The notes below the pieces were generated by a model. That model had not been told where the DNA came from. It made no database searches and saw only the letters and a list, made by a program, of their open reading frames with translations. A program made the position numbers and the translations under genes. From contig CANEUK010000001.1 of NCBI GenBank assembly GCA_947441695.1, forward strand, positions 1 to 46,909: DNA of 46,909 bases, written 5' to 3'. Origin of the DNA: Rickettsiales bacterium. Lineage in GTDB: Bacteria; Pseudomonadota; Alphaproteobacteria; Rickettsiales; UBA1997. Below, one piece after another: positions 36,386-43,810 of this stretch. Numbering within the stretch: position 1 is the first letter of the stretch; each line of letters starts with the position of its first letter.

Positions 36386-37992
36386 AAAATAAAAGATAAA
36401 ACCTGACGCGAAACTTCAACGCTGCGCGTATAAGCCTCTTCAAAAATTGAAATTCCACTCATGTCGGAATTAGCAAAAAAAATTGGCGGATGTTGTTTTA
36501 GTGCGTTTTTGCGATCTTTGCCCCAAATAAAACCCGTTGTTGGTCGAGCCATTGCATGACCCCAAATTTTGAGGTCTAAACGTTTTACCGCTCCTTTTAA
36601 TTCGGGGTGGATTGAAAATAATTCGCCAAGAAAAATTTTTTGCCATTCTTCGTAAGAGCGTGCAATTGCTTCTTTTCTGGCTTCTGCTGGTTTTAAATGA
36701 GTTAGCGGCCAGTAATAAGTAATTACGGTTTGAGTTGGATTCATTTGCGAAATTTGATGGGTTGCCACCACATATCCAAGCAATTCGCTGTTAAATACCA
36801 CATTGTCCCAACTTAAATTGGCACCAATGCCGCGAGGCATTTTGTCGAGCGTAATATTTGCCACCGCCCAAGGTGTGTAAGAAAAATTATCAGCAGAAAT
36901 TTTAATATCTTTTGAATCAATTAGGCGATTTGCAATAAAGCGTGGAGTCGCAACCAGGGCGGCTTTGGCGTTGATGCGCACCGACTGATTTTTTTCTACA
37001 TCAAAATAATCAACATCCACCGATCCGTCGCTTTGATTGGCAATTTTGTAGGCTAAAGCGCGATTGGTAATTTGGTTTTTAATTGGCTCTTCCAATTTTT
37101 TTGCAAGCCAGCCATTTCCTTCAGGCCAAGTAATTACATTATCGGAGTCAGTATTTGCCGCTTTTCCGCAACGCGCTGCAAAATAATGAATTCCGGCCCA
37201 AGCAGAAGTTTCATTTGCTTTTACGCCAAAATCGTCGCGACAACAATAATCAACGTACCACTGCAAATTAACTGAAGAAAAACCTTGTTTTTGCATCCAC
37301 GCTGTCATTGTGATTTGGTCGAGTTCTAACCATTTTTTATCTTGAGAACTTTTGTCGAGCGGAATGGCAAAAACTTTTTTGCCGTCGCGACCTTTGGCTT
37401 TTTTGTAATTTTTTATTAAAGCAAAAAATCTCTGATATTGTTCTTTCTCATTTGAATCAATTCCAACTGGCGGAATCAGGCCTTCAAACCATCTGCCATA
37501 AATAAAAAGGCGTTCGTTGGGGTCGGCGCAAATGTAAAATTCATTGTAAATTGGCAGGCCGTTTTTGTAGCCAGTAATTATTCCAAAATCTTCGAAAAGT
37601 TTTTTTACCTCAATTGATTCTTCGTTGAGAAGCGGCACATAATGCGCGCCCCAAGGATAAGCCGAGATTTCATTTTTGCCGCTTGAAGAATTGCCGCCCG
37701 TTTCTTTTTCTAAATCAAGTAGCGCAAAGTTTTTTACGCCTGATTTGAAGAAATTGTATCCCGCTCCAAGCCCCGCAATGCCGCCGCCAATAATTACAAC
37801 GTCTTTTTTTAGAAAAATTGTTGGAGCAGGAAAATCTTTGCCACGCAATTTATGACCAATTTGAGAAGAAGCGCCAAGAATTTCTCCGGGTATTTTTTTT
37901 TCAGAAAAAACTTTCTTGAAAGCGGGGGTTAAAACAAGAGCCAGAGCAGATGCGGCACTTCCTACGATAAATTTTCGCCGCGTGATTTTCAT
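36382..37992 (-). CDS. Tat-exported FAD/NAD(P)-binding oxidoreductase (amine-oxidase / desaturase-like fold)
   Basis: Twin-arginine leader MKITRRKFIVGSAASALALVL. Dinucleotide-binding fold VVIIGGGIAGLGAG...LLDLE. 536 aa. Confidence 0.7.
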   Translation of the reverse strand: MKITRRKFIVGSAASALALVLTPAFKKVFSEKKIPGEILGASSQIGHKLRGKDFPAPTIFLKKDVVIIGGGIAGLGAGYNFFKSGVKNFALLDLEKETGGNSSSGKNEISAYPWGAHYVPLLNEESIEVKKLFEDFGIITGYKNGLPIYNEFYICADPNERLFIYGRWFEGLIPPVGIDSNEKEQYQRFFALIKNYKKAKGRDGKKVFAIPLDKSSQDKKWLELDQITMTAWMQKQGFSSVNLQWYVDYCCRDDFGVKANETSAWAGIHYFAARCGKAANTDSDNVITWPEGNGWLAKKLEEPIKNQITNRALAYKIANQSDGSVDVDYFDVEKNQSVRINAKAALVATPRFIANRLIDSKDIKISADNFSYTPWAVANITLDKMPRGIGANLSWDNVVFNSELLGYVVATHQISQMNPTQTVITYYWPLTHLKPAEARKEAIARSYEEWQKIFLGELFSIHPELKGAVKRLDLKIWGHAMARPTTGFIWGKDRKNALKQHPPIFFANSDMSGISIFEEAYTRSVEVSRQVLSFIL

Positions 37993-37999
37993 TTAGAAA

Positions 38000-38106
38000 C
38001 TGTTAGCTAATTAATTTTATTTTAGATTTTGACATATTTTGAAAAATTTTACTAAAAAATAAGCCAAAATAGGGTGAAATATGGAATAAAATTAATTAGC
38101 TAACAG
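38000..38106. repeat. Perfect 22-bp inverted repeat with a 63-nt spacer, filling the only sizeable gap inside the gene array
   Basis: CTGTTAGCTAATTAATTTTATT at 38000..38021 is the exact reverse complement of 38085..38106. Confidence 0.9.
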
Positions 38107-38110
38107 CGTT

Positions 38111-39613
38111 CTAATAAATCAAATATTTTGACCATTCGTCGTCAAAATATCTGACTAAAACTTGGTCATCGAGACGTTGAATTTTGGTGCTGATTTGCGA
38201 CATATCATGAGCAAAATGAAACATTTGGTTACTGGTTTCAAGGCTGATATAGCGAAGTTTTGCGGGATATTTTTGCGGCGCAATATAGGGCTTCATTGAA
38301 GCAATAATAAAACCCCATTCGCCAAAAGATGGCACAAAAGTGTGGTAAGGCGCGGTATAAAATCCAGCGGCGTTTAGCGTGTTGTTGACGCACCAAAATG
38401 ATTTTCTGGCAACCAGCGGAGAAGTGCTTTGAACCACTACCAGCGAGTCGCGCGACATGATGTTTTTAAGCTGCTTGAAAAATGAAACGGAATAAAGTTT
38501 GCCCACCGAAAAATTGGAAGGATCGGGAACGTCAATAATTAAAGCGTCAAAAGTAGCGTTTTGAGTTTCTTTCAACCATAAAAAAGCGTCGCGATTAATG
38601 ACGGTAAGTTTTGGCGAGAGCAAAGAATTTTGATTGAGATTGGTGAGAATTTGATTTGAGGAAAAGAGTTTTGTCATTGCGGGGTCAAGATCAACCAGTG
38701 TTACTTTTTCAACCGACGGATATTTTAAAATTTCGCGCAAAGCTAAACCATCGCCGCCGCCAATAATTAAAATATTTTTTGGCGTTTTAAGTGCTGACAT
38801 CACGGGGTGAACCAGCGATTCGTGGTAGCGATATTCGTCAAGCGAGCTGAATTGTAAATTGGAGTTTAAAAAAAGCCGTAAATCGTCTTTTTCTTTGGTG
38901 ATTGTTATTCTTTGGTAGGGCGTGGATTCAGAAAAAATAATGTTTCCTAAATAAGCGGAGCTTTCAGAAATGCTCATTATTTTTTCGCTGTAGCAAAATC
39001 CCAACATTAAAAAAATCAGCGAGATAATCGCGAAAGCTTGGTTGAAATAGGCGTGTTTGAAATCTTTTTTGAGAGCGTAAATTAGCCAAATTGCAACCAG
39101 AACATTCAAGACACCAAACAAGAAACTAGATTTTACTAGCCCCAAATGCGGCACTAAAACTAGCGGAAAAATAATTGAGGCAAAAAGCGCGCCGATGTAA
39201 TCGAAGGTAAAAACTTTCGAGACTAAATCTTTGAATTCAAAACGATCTTTTAAAATTCTAAGTAGCAGCGGAATTTCAATTCCAACCAAAATACCAATGA
39301 CGCCAACTACAAAATAGAGCATCAAGCGAAAAGAATAGACATGTTCAAACAGCAAAAAAAGCAGCGCCGCAGAAGATCCGCCAATCAGACCGACTAAAAT
39401 TTCAACCCGAATAAATAGGTTCAAAAGATTGCGTTTAACATAACGCGAAAACCACGAACCAATGCCCATCGCAAAAAGGTAGCAGCCGATGATGGTAGAA
39501 AATTGGGTAATTGAGTCACCCAAAAGATAACTGGCGAGAGTTCCAGCAATTAGCTCATAGATTAGCCCGCAAGTTGCGATTACAAAAACCGAGATGAATA
39601 GAAGTAGAGCCAT
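38111..39613 (-). CDS. Membrane-anchored spermidine/spermine-synthase-like aminopropyltransferase
   Basis: The N-terminal ~200 aa have about 7 TM helices. The C-terminal SpeE-like domain shows SPYQRITIT, YHESLVHP, ILIIGGGDGLALREILK, VTLVDLDPAM and LIIDVPDPSN. Confidence 0.8.
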   Translation of the reverse strand: MALLLFISVFVIATCGLIYELIAGTLASYLLGDSITQFSTIIGCYLFAMGIGSWFSRYVKRNLLNLFIRVEILVGLIGGSSAALLFLLFEHVYSFRLMLYFVVGVIGILVGIEIPLLLRILKDRFEFKDLVSKVFTFDYIGALFASIIFPLVLVPHLGLVKSSFLFGVLNVLVAIWLIYALKKDFKHAYFNQAFAIISLIFLMLGFCYSEKIMSISESSAYLGNIIFSESTPYQRITITKEKDDLRLFLNSNLQFSSLDEYRYHESLVHPVMSALKTPKNILIIGGGDGLALREILKYPSVEKVTLVDLDPAMTKLFSSNQILTNLNQNSLLSPKLTVINRDAFLWLKETQNATFDALIIDVPDPSNFSVGKLYSVSFFKQLKNIMSRDSLVVVQSTSPLVARKSFWCVNNTLNAAGFYTAPYHTFVPSFGEWGFIIASMKPYIAPQKYPAKLRYISLETSNQMFHFAHDMSQISTKIQRLDDQVLVRYFDDEWSKYLIY

Positions 39614-39614
39614 T

Positions 39615-39842
39615 TTAGCCGTGAATTGCCGAAGAAATGATTAGCGCAATGCCAACCACCACGCCGCACATAAAAACCCCAAGTGCCACATTTTGTTTTT
39701 CGACTAATTCTTTCCAGATGCTGACTTTTGGCGTGAGTATATCAAACAAGACGAAGCTGATGATAAAAATTAACAGACCAATAAAAGTGTAAAGCAAAGA
39801 TCCTACAACATATTTCATTTCGATTAGTTCCATGATTCCCAT
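39615..39842 (-). CDS. DUF350 (YjfL-like) small membrane protein
   Basis: 75 aa with two or three TM helices and the central motif ELVEKQNVALGV typical of DUF350. A GGAG RBS sits 6 nt upstream. The stop is 1 nt from the SpeE-like start. Confidence 0.7.
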   Translation of the reverse strand: MGIMELIEMKYVVGSLLYTFIGLLIFIISFVLFDILTPKVSIWKELVEKQNVALGVFMCGVVVGIALIISSAIHG

Positions 39843-39850
39843 ATTTACTC

Positions 39851-39988
39851 CTATTTGTGATATTGTTTGGCAGATTTAGATGCTGTTTGAGTGCCACTCA
39901 AAAAGCCTAGTAAAGTGTAATGATTGTAGGTGGCTGCACTTGTCAAAAGAGCAATGACAACGCAGTAAATACTAAATTTTATAGGCAT
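39851..39988 (-). CDS. Small (45 aa) ORF with an N-terminal hydrophobic helix; not in the ORF track
   Basis: MPIKFSIYCVVIALLTSAATYNHYTLLGFLSGTQTASKSAKQYHK. It is preceded by GAGGAA 7 nt upstream of the ATG. It exactly fills the gap between the DUF4178 and DUF350 genes (21-nt and 8-nt spacers). Confidence 0.4.
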   Translation of the reverse strand: MPIKFSIYCVVIALLTSAATYNHYTLLGFLSGTQTASKSAKQYHK

Positions 39989-40009
39989 TAATTATTCCTC
40001 ATTATTTTG

Positions 40010-41311
40010 CTATTCGACAAGATTACTATTTTCCCAACGTTTTGTTTCAAAGCTTTTTGTTTTAAGAAAAAGAATTATCGGATAGGCAAAAATTAAAACT
40101 AACGCTATCCAAAAATTTCCCCAATAAGGCACGTCACGCTTGATTGTAGAATAAAGTTGTAAAATTCTTGAGCCTCCTAATTCATAATCAAACAAAAGGT
40201 GGTATTTTCCTTTTGGAATCAAGTTGGTAATACTTGATTTAGTTCGTCCACCCTCGCTCCAATCGCCATCACTGTCGCGTCCGTGATAATATTCTATTGC
40301 CTGCGAGACATCAAAAGTTTCGTGGGTTTGCGAATTGACTAAAGAAAAATTTAACTCGACCCAACTATTATCCACCGAAACGTTGCTGGTAATTTTGACA
40401 TTGCCATCTTTTGGTAGGTCAATATCAGCAATTTTAATTGTGGTATTTTTGGCTATTCTTGAAGGGTCAAGATAAAAACCGATATTTTTCACTTCGGCAT
40501 TATCAAGCGAACAATTTATCAAAATCTGTAGCAGCAAAAGAAACGCAAAAGCAATTAAGGCAACTCGAGTTGATACTTTGAATTTTTGTTCGTGGGGCGA
40601 AGGTTGGTTGCAAGCAACACTAATTGGGTAAGGAATTGATTCTAACTTGAAGGCTTCTTGCACTTCTTTTGCAGAAATATACTGGCATTGCGAGACGTTT
40701 ATTTCGTCTTTCAAAACTTCGCATGAAAGCATAAAAGGTGGCGCGATGTAATCAAAAACCTGCGCGCTGTCACCTTTTTTTATGCGCCAGTAAAACTCAC
40801 CTTTAACATATTCAACTACCGCAATACCAGTGAGAAATGGTTGGTAGTTTTCACCATCAAAATCAATGTTAGAGCCTTTATTTAAACCAGAAATATCACG
40901 CTGCAAAACTTTAGCAAAACTCCAATGTCCCAAAGATTGAATCAAAAATCGAAAGCCGTGGTAAGGATTGTAAAGCAAATATTCATCCCAATCATAAGCA
41001 TCTCCATCATTTTTGCGCACAAATCCAATTGCCTCCCAATTAACGCCAAAAAGTACGCCGCGCGCGCCAATTTCAATAGTGGTGGGGATGATTTTTTTAT
41101 TGGCTTTTTCGATAATTTGGTAATTTTCGTTTTTTACATCAATCACCGAAGAGCAACTGTTGCAGATCGCGGTAATTGCATGACCAAGAGACTTGATTAA
41201 AATATTACTGCCGCAAGCAGGACAATTAAAAATTTTTGGATTTTGGTTGGCAGAATTTTCGATCACCAGCCCTCCAAAATACGAAAGTTTTGGCAGTGTA
41301 AATTTTCCCAT
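40010..41311 (-). CDS. Zinc-ribbon + DUF4178 protein with a TM helix, an extra-cytoplasmic beta-rich domain and a C-terminal TM helix
   Basis: CPACGS...CNSC ribbon. DUF4178-like core (GVNWEAIGFVRKNDGDAYDWDEYLLYNPYHGFRFL). TM helices are VALIAFAFLLLLQILI and FWIALVLIFAYPIILFL. Confidence 0.65.
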   Translation of the reverse strand: MGKFTLPKLSYFGGLVIENSANQNPKIFNCPACGSNILIKSLGHAITAICNSCSSVIDVKNENYQIIEKANKKIIPTTIEIGARGVLFGVNWEAIGFVRKNDGDAYDWDEYLLYNPYHGFRFLIQSLGHWSFAKVLQRDISGLNKGSNIDFDGENYQPFLTGIAVVEYVKGEFYWRIKKGDSAQVFDYIAPPFMLSCEVLKDEINVSQCQYISAKEVQEAFKLESIPYPISVACNQPSPHEQKFKVSTRVALIAFAFLLLLQILINCSLDNAEVKNIGFYLDPSRIAKNTTIKIADIDLPKDGNVKITSNVSVDNSWVELNFSLVNSQTHETFDVSQAIEYYHGRDSDGDWSEGGRTKSSITNLIPKGKYHLLFDYELGGSRILQLYSTIKRDVPYWGNFWIALVLIFAYPIILFLKTKSFETKRWENSNLVE

Positions 41312-41943
41312 TCAACATATCGCCCAAGATAAACGCGGCGCTGATAATTTTCGATTTCAATTGAGGCGAATTCTCCCGATTTTCCCACCAAATCAAGCGA
41401 TTTAGTTTTGCGGCCAATTGGTGCAACAAAAGGCAATTCACCTTCGCAGCCAACGCAAGTTGCTTCTTTGATGTCGACAATTTTTAAAAGGTTTTTGGAT
41501 AATTCTAAAAACGATCCAACTTCAAGAGAATTAAGATTTTTTGCTTCGAGTTTTTTGTTTTCGGCAATTTCAAAGCTCACTGCGTAAAAGCCTTGGGCTT
41601 CCGCCAGCCAACCTTTGCGACCATCTTCGCTGACAATAAACCATTCATTCCAATTGCCATCATCCCAAGATAATTTCATGCGACCGATAATGCCAAAACC
41701 CACGCCGTCAAACTTGCCTTGGGTGCCAATTTGAAAAGGACTCATGTCTTGTGGCAGCGCGGCCATAGTGCCAATTGATTCAACATCCAAATCATGACGC
41801 ACCACCATCGAGCTACAATATTTACAAATTGCATAAACCGACAGGCTCGACATAAAAGCAATGTTGGCGCCACATGAAGGGCAGTTGCAACTCTTCATTT
41901 GGTTATTTGATTTTGGATAGTAATTCAGATTTTTTGGCGTCAA
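41263..41943 (-). CDS. Zinc-ribbon + DUF4178 protein (soluble paralog)
   Basis: CPSCGA...CKYC ribbon. DUF4178-like core (GFGIIGRMKLSWDDGNWNEWFIVSEDGRKGWLAEAQG). An alternative start at Met16 (41898) would remove the overlap with the SPFH gene. Confidence 0.65.
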   Translation of the reverse strand: MTPKNLNYYPKSNNQMKSCNCPSCGANIAFMSSLSVYAICKYCSSMVVRHDLDVESIGTMAALPQDMSPFQIGTQGKFDGVGFGIIGRMKLSWDDGNWNEWFIVSEDGRKGWLAEAQGFYAVSFEIAENKKLEAKNLNSLEVGSFLELSKNLLKIVDIKEATCVGCEGELPFVAPIGRKTKSLDLVGKSGEFASIEIENYQRRVYLGRYVEWENLHCQNFRILEGW

Positions 41944-42889
41944 ATTCTTGCTTAGTCAAAATGCCTTTAGCGTGAAGTTCGCCTAATTTTTCTAACATTT
42001 TGATTGGATCTTCTTGCGTGGTGGAAAAATTATTTTGCTCCATATTTTGCATCATATTTTGTCCTAAAACTGCGCCAGCACCAATTGCAACACCTGCTCC
42101 CGCCGCACCATTTTGATTGGCAGCAGCAATTGAAATAGAATCGGCACTTTGAAATTGGGTGTATTTTTGAAAGTCACCGACAATTCGCATTGAGCTTGAT
42201 TTATCTAAATGTTTTTCAAGTTCTTCGGGTAGCGACAAGTTTTGCACATAAAAACTACTAAGTTCCAAACCGTAATTTAAGAATGCTGGCGCAATTGCCT
42301 CTTGAAGTTTTTGAGAAAAAGCGCCTTGGTTTGCAGCCATGTCAATAAAGGCTACGTCGCTCTTGCTTAAAAATTCTGAAATCGATGTTAAAATTATCGA
42401 CTTCAATTGCCCTTCAATATTTTGCACCGAATATTTTTCAGCGGTGCCGCAAAGTTTAGTCCAGAAAGTTTCAATATTTTTAATGGCATAAGAATAGCTA
42501 CCAAAAGACCGAATGCGAAGCGCGCCAAACTCTTTATCGCGAATTGTAATTGGTTGCGTGGTGCCCCATTTTTGATCTAACTGCTCGCGAGTACTTAAAA
42601 AATAAATGTCAGATTTGAACGGAGATTCAAAAAATTTATCCCAATTTTTTAGCGAAGTTAAAATTGGCAAAGTATTGGTTTGAAGCGTGTAAGTTCCAGG
42701 TAAAAATTGATCAGCAAATTTTCCTTCGTTGAAAAAAACCGCCATTTGAGTTGGTCGCACAATCAGCTGCGAACCATTTTGAATTTCCATGTCATACATT
42801 GGGTAGCGATAAGCTAGCACGCCACTTTCAGACTCGGTCCATTGAATGACATCAACAAATTGCTTAGAGATAAAATTTTTTAGGCTCAT
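41903..42889 (-). CDS. SPFH/Band-7 superfamily protein (COG4260-like) with a C-terminal SHOCT domain
   Basis: 328 aa. The N-terminal two-thirds are SPFH-like (FVDVIQWTE...VAFIDMAANQ...). A Gly/Ala linker follows. The terminal DPIKMLEKLGELHAKGILTKQEFDAKKSELLSKI matches the SHOCT bihelical motif. Confidence 0.7.
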   Translation of the reverse strand: MSLKNFISKQFVDVIQWTESESGVLAYRYPMYDMEIQNGSQLIVRPTQMAVFFNEGKFADQFLPGTYTLQTNTLPILTSLKNWDKFFESPFKSDIYFLSTREQLDQKWGTTQPITIRDKEFGALRIRSFGSYSYAIKNIETFWTKLCGTAEKYSVQNIEGQLKSIILTSISEFLSKSDVAFIDMAANQGAFSQKLQEAIAPAFLNYGLELSSFYVQNLSLPEELEKHLDKSSSMRIVGDFQKYTQFQSADSISIAAANQNGAAGAGVAIGAGAVLGQNMMQNMEQNNFSTTQEDPIKMLEKLGELHAKGILTKQEFDAKKSELLSKIK

Positions 42890-42917
42890 GCGAATTTTAA
42901 AAAAGTTGGAGTAAGAT

Positions 42918-43097
42918 TATACTGAATCAAATCCGACTTGTGGTCGAACTTGGGTAATTTCGAATTACTACTCGCCAACGACTAAATACTCACAAGGTTA
43001 TTTTCTTTTAAAGTGAGTTTTGCTTGGTGTCGCAAGCATCCGCAACAGATTTTTGGTTTTTACTAAAAATCAAATCTTCAATTGAGTTCTAGTATAA
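42918..43097. repeat. Left arm of a ~180-bp imperfect inverted repeat
   Basis: By hand alignment, its reverse complement matches 43630..43810 at roughly 70-75 percent of positions. Long identical blocks include AATACTCACAA.GTTATTTTCTTTT.AAGTGAG, ATCCGCAA.AGATTTTTGGTTTTTA and TTCTTCAATTGAGTT. Confidence 0.85.
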
Positions 43098-43189
43098 AAG
43101 GAGTTTTTCTTTTGTTCGAATTAAAAATGCTAGAAAAATATGATGTCATGTTAGGCCTAGCACCTGCAATAGATTTTATTTTTTTATGA

Positions 43190-43221
43190 AAATCGATTTC
43201 TTTAATTGAGTTTTGGTATAT
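43190..43221. repeat. Third, partial copy of the repeat core (same orientation as the left arm)
   Basis: AAAATCGATTTCTTTAATTGAGTTTTGGTATA compared with the reverse complement of 43630..43661 (AAAATCGACTTCTTCAATTGAGTTTTGGTATA). Confidence 0.8.
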
Positions 43222-43517
43222 TTTGCTGAAGCCATTATTTTGAAAGTCTAACAAGAATTCGATTTGTCGCTTTAAAAGAAAATCTTTGCTTTGAAGTTTT
43301 GGCTGTTAATAAAGACAGGCTCTAGTTCGAGAAATTAATATTTTAGAGTAAGAATTAGGTTTACTGATTGCAGACGATTTTTTTGACGAATGATTTTATA
43401 TCAAATTTAGAAGGTAGAAAGTGTCTTAAATTTAGGGGTATTACCCTCTTGTTTTTTTGTGGTCAAAAAGCCAAGAAGATTATCGCGCTAATTAACTGAT
43501 AAATTTGAATTTAAAAA

Positions 43518-43533
43518 GTTTCACATGAAACAA
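43518..43533. promoter_or_regulatory. parS-like centromere site
   Basis: AGTTTCACATGAAACA matches the parS consensus TGTTTCACGTGAAACA at 14 of 16 positions. It lies ~360 bp upstream of parA. Confidence 0.6.
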
Positions 43534-43629
43534 AGTGTTTTATAGCAAAAAAAACACTAGTTAATCGAAAAATTTACTTGAATTAAAAAATTGCAAAATC
43601 TTACATTGATAGGGTTTTGGAACCTTAGA

Positions 43630-43810
43630 TATACCAAAACTCAATTGAAGAAGTCGATTTTTATAAAAACCAAAAATCTTTTGCGGATTCTCGAAAAAAA
43701 GAAGTGCAGCTCACTTGAAAAGAAAATAACTTTGTGAGTATTCATTCTTTGACAAGGTAGTAATTCAAAGATTGCCAAATTCGAGATAAGTCGAATTTGA
43801 TTAGTTATAT
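43630..43810. repeat. Right arm of the ~180-bp imperfect inverted repeat
   Basis: See 42918..43097. It begins with the dispersed core CCAAAACTCAATTGAAGAAGTCGATTTT (43634..43661). Confidence 0.85.

Noticed and set aside
42975-42990. GCC AAC GAC TAA (Ala-Asn-Asp-stop) in the left repeat arm, reminiscent of the start of a tmRNA tag.
   Set aside because: The reading frame stops after three codons. There is no tRNA-like acceptor or T-arm nearby, and the segment is part of a repeat present in both orientations.
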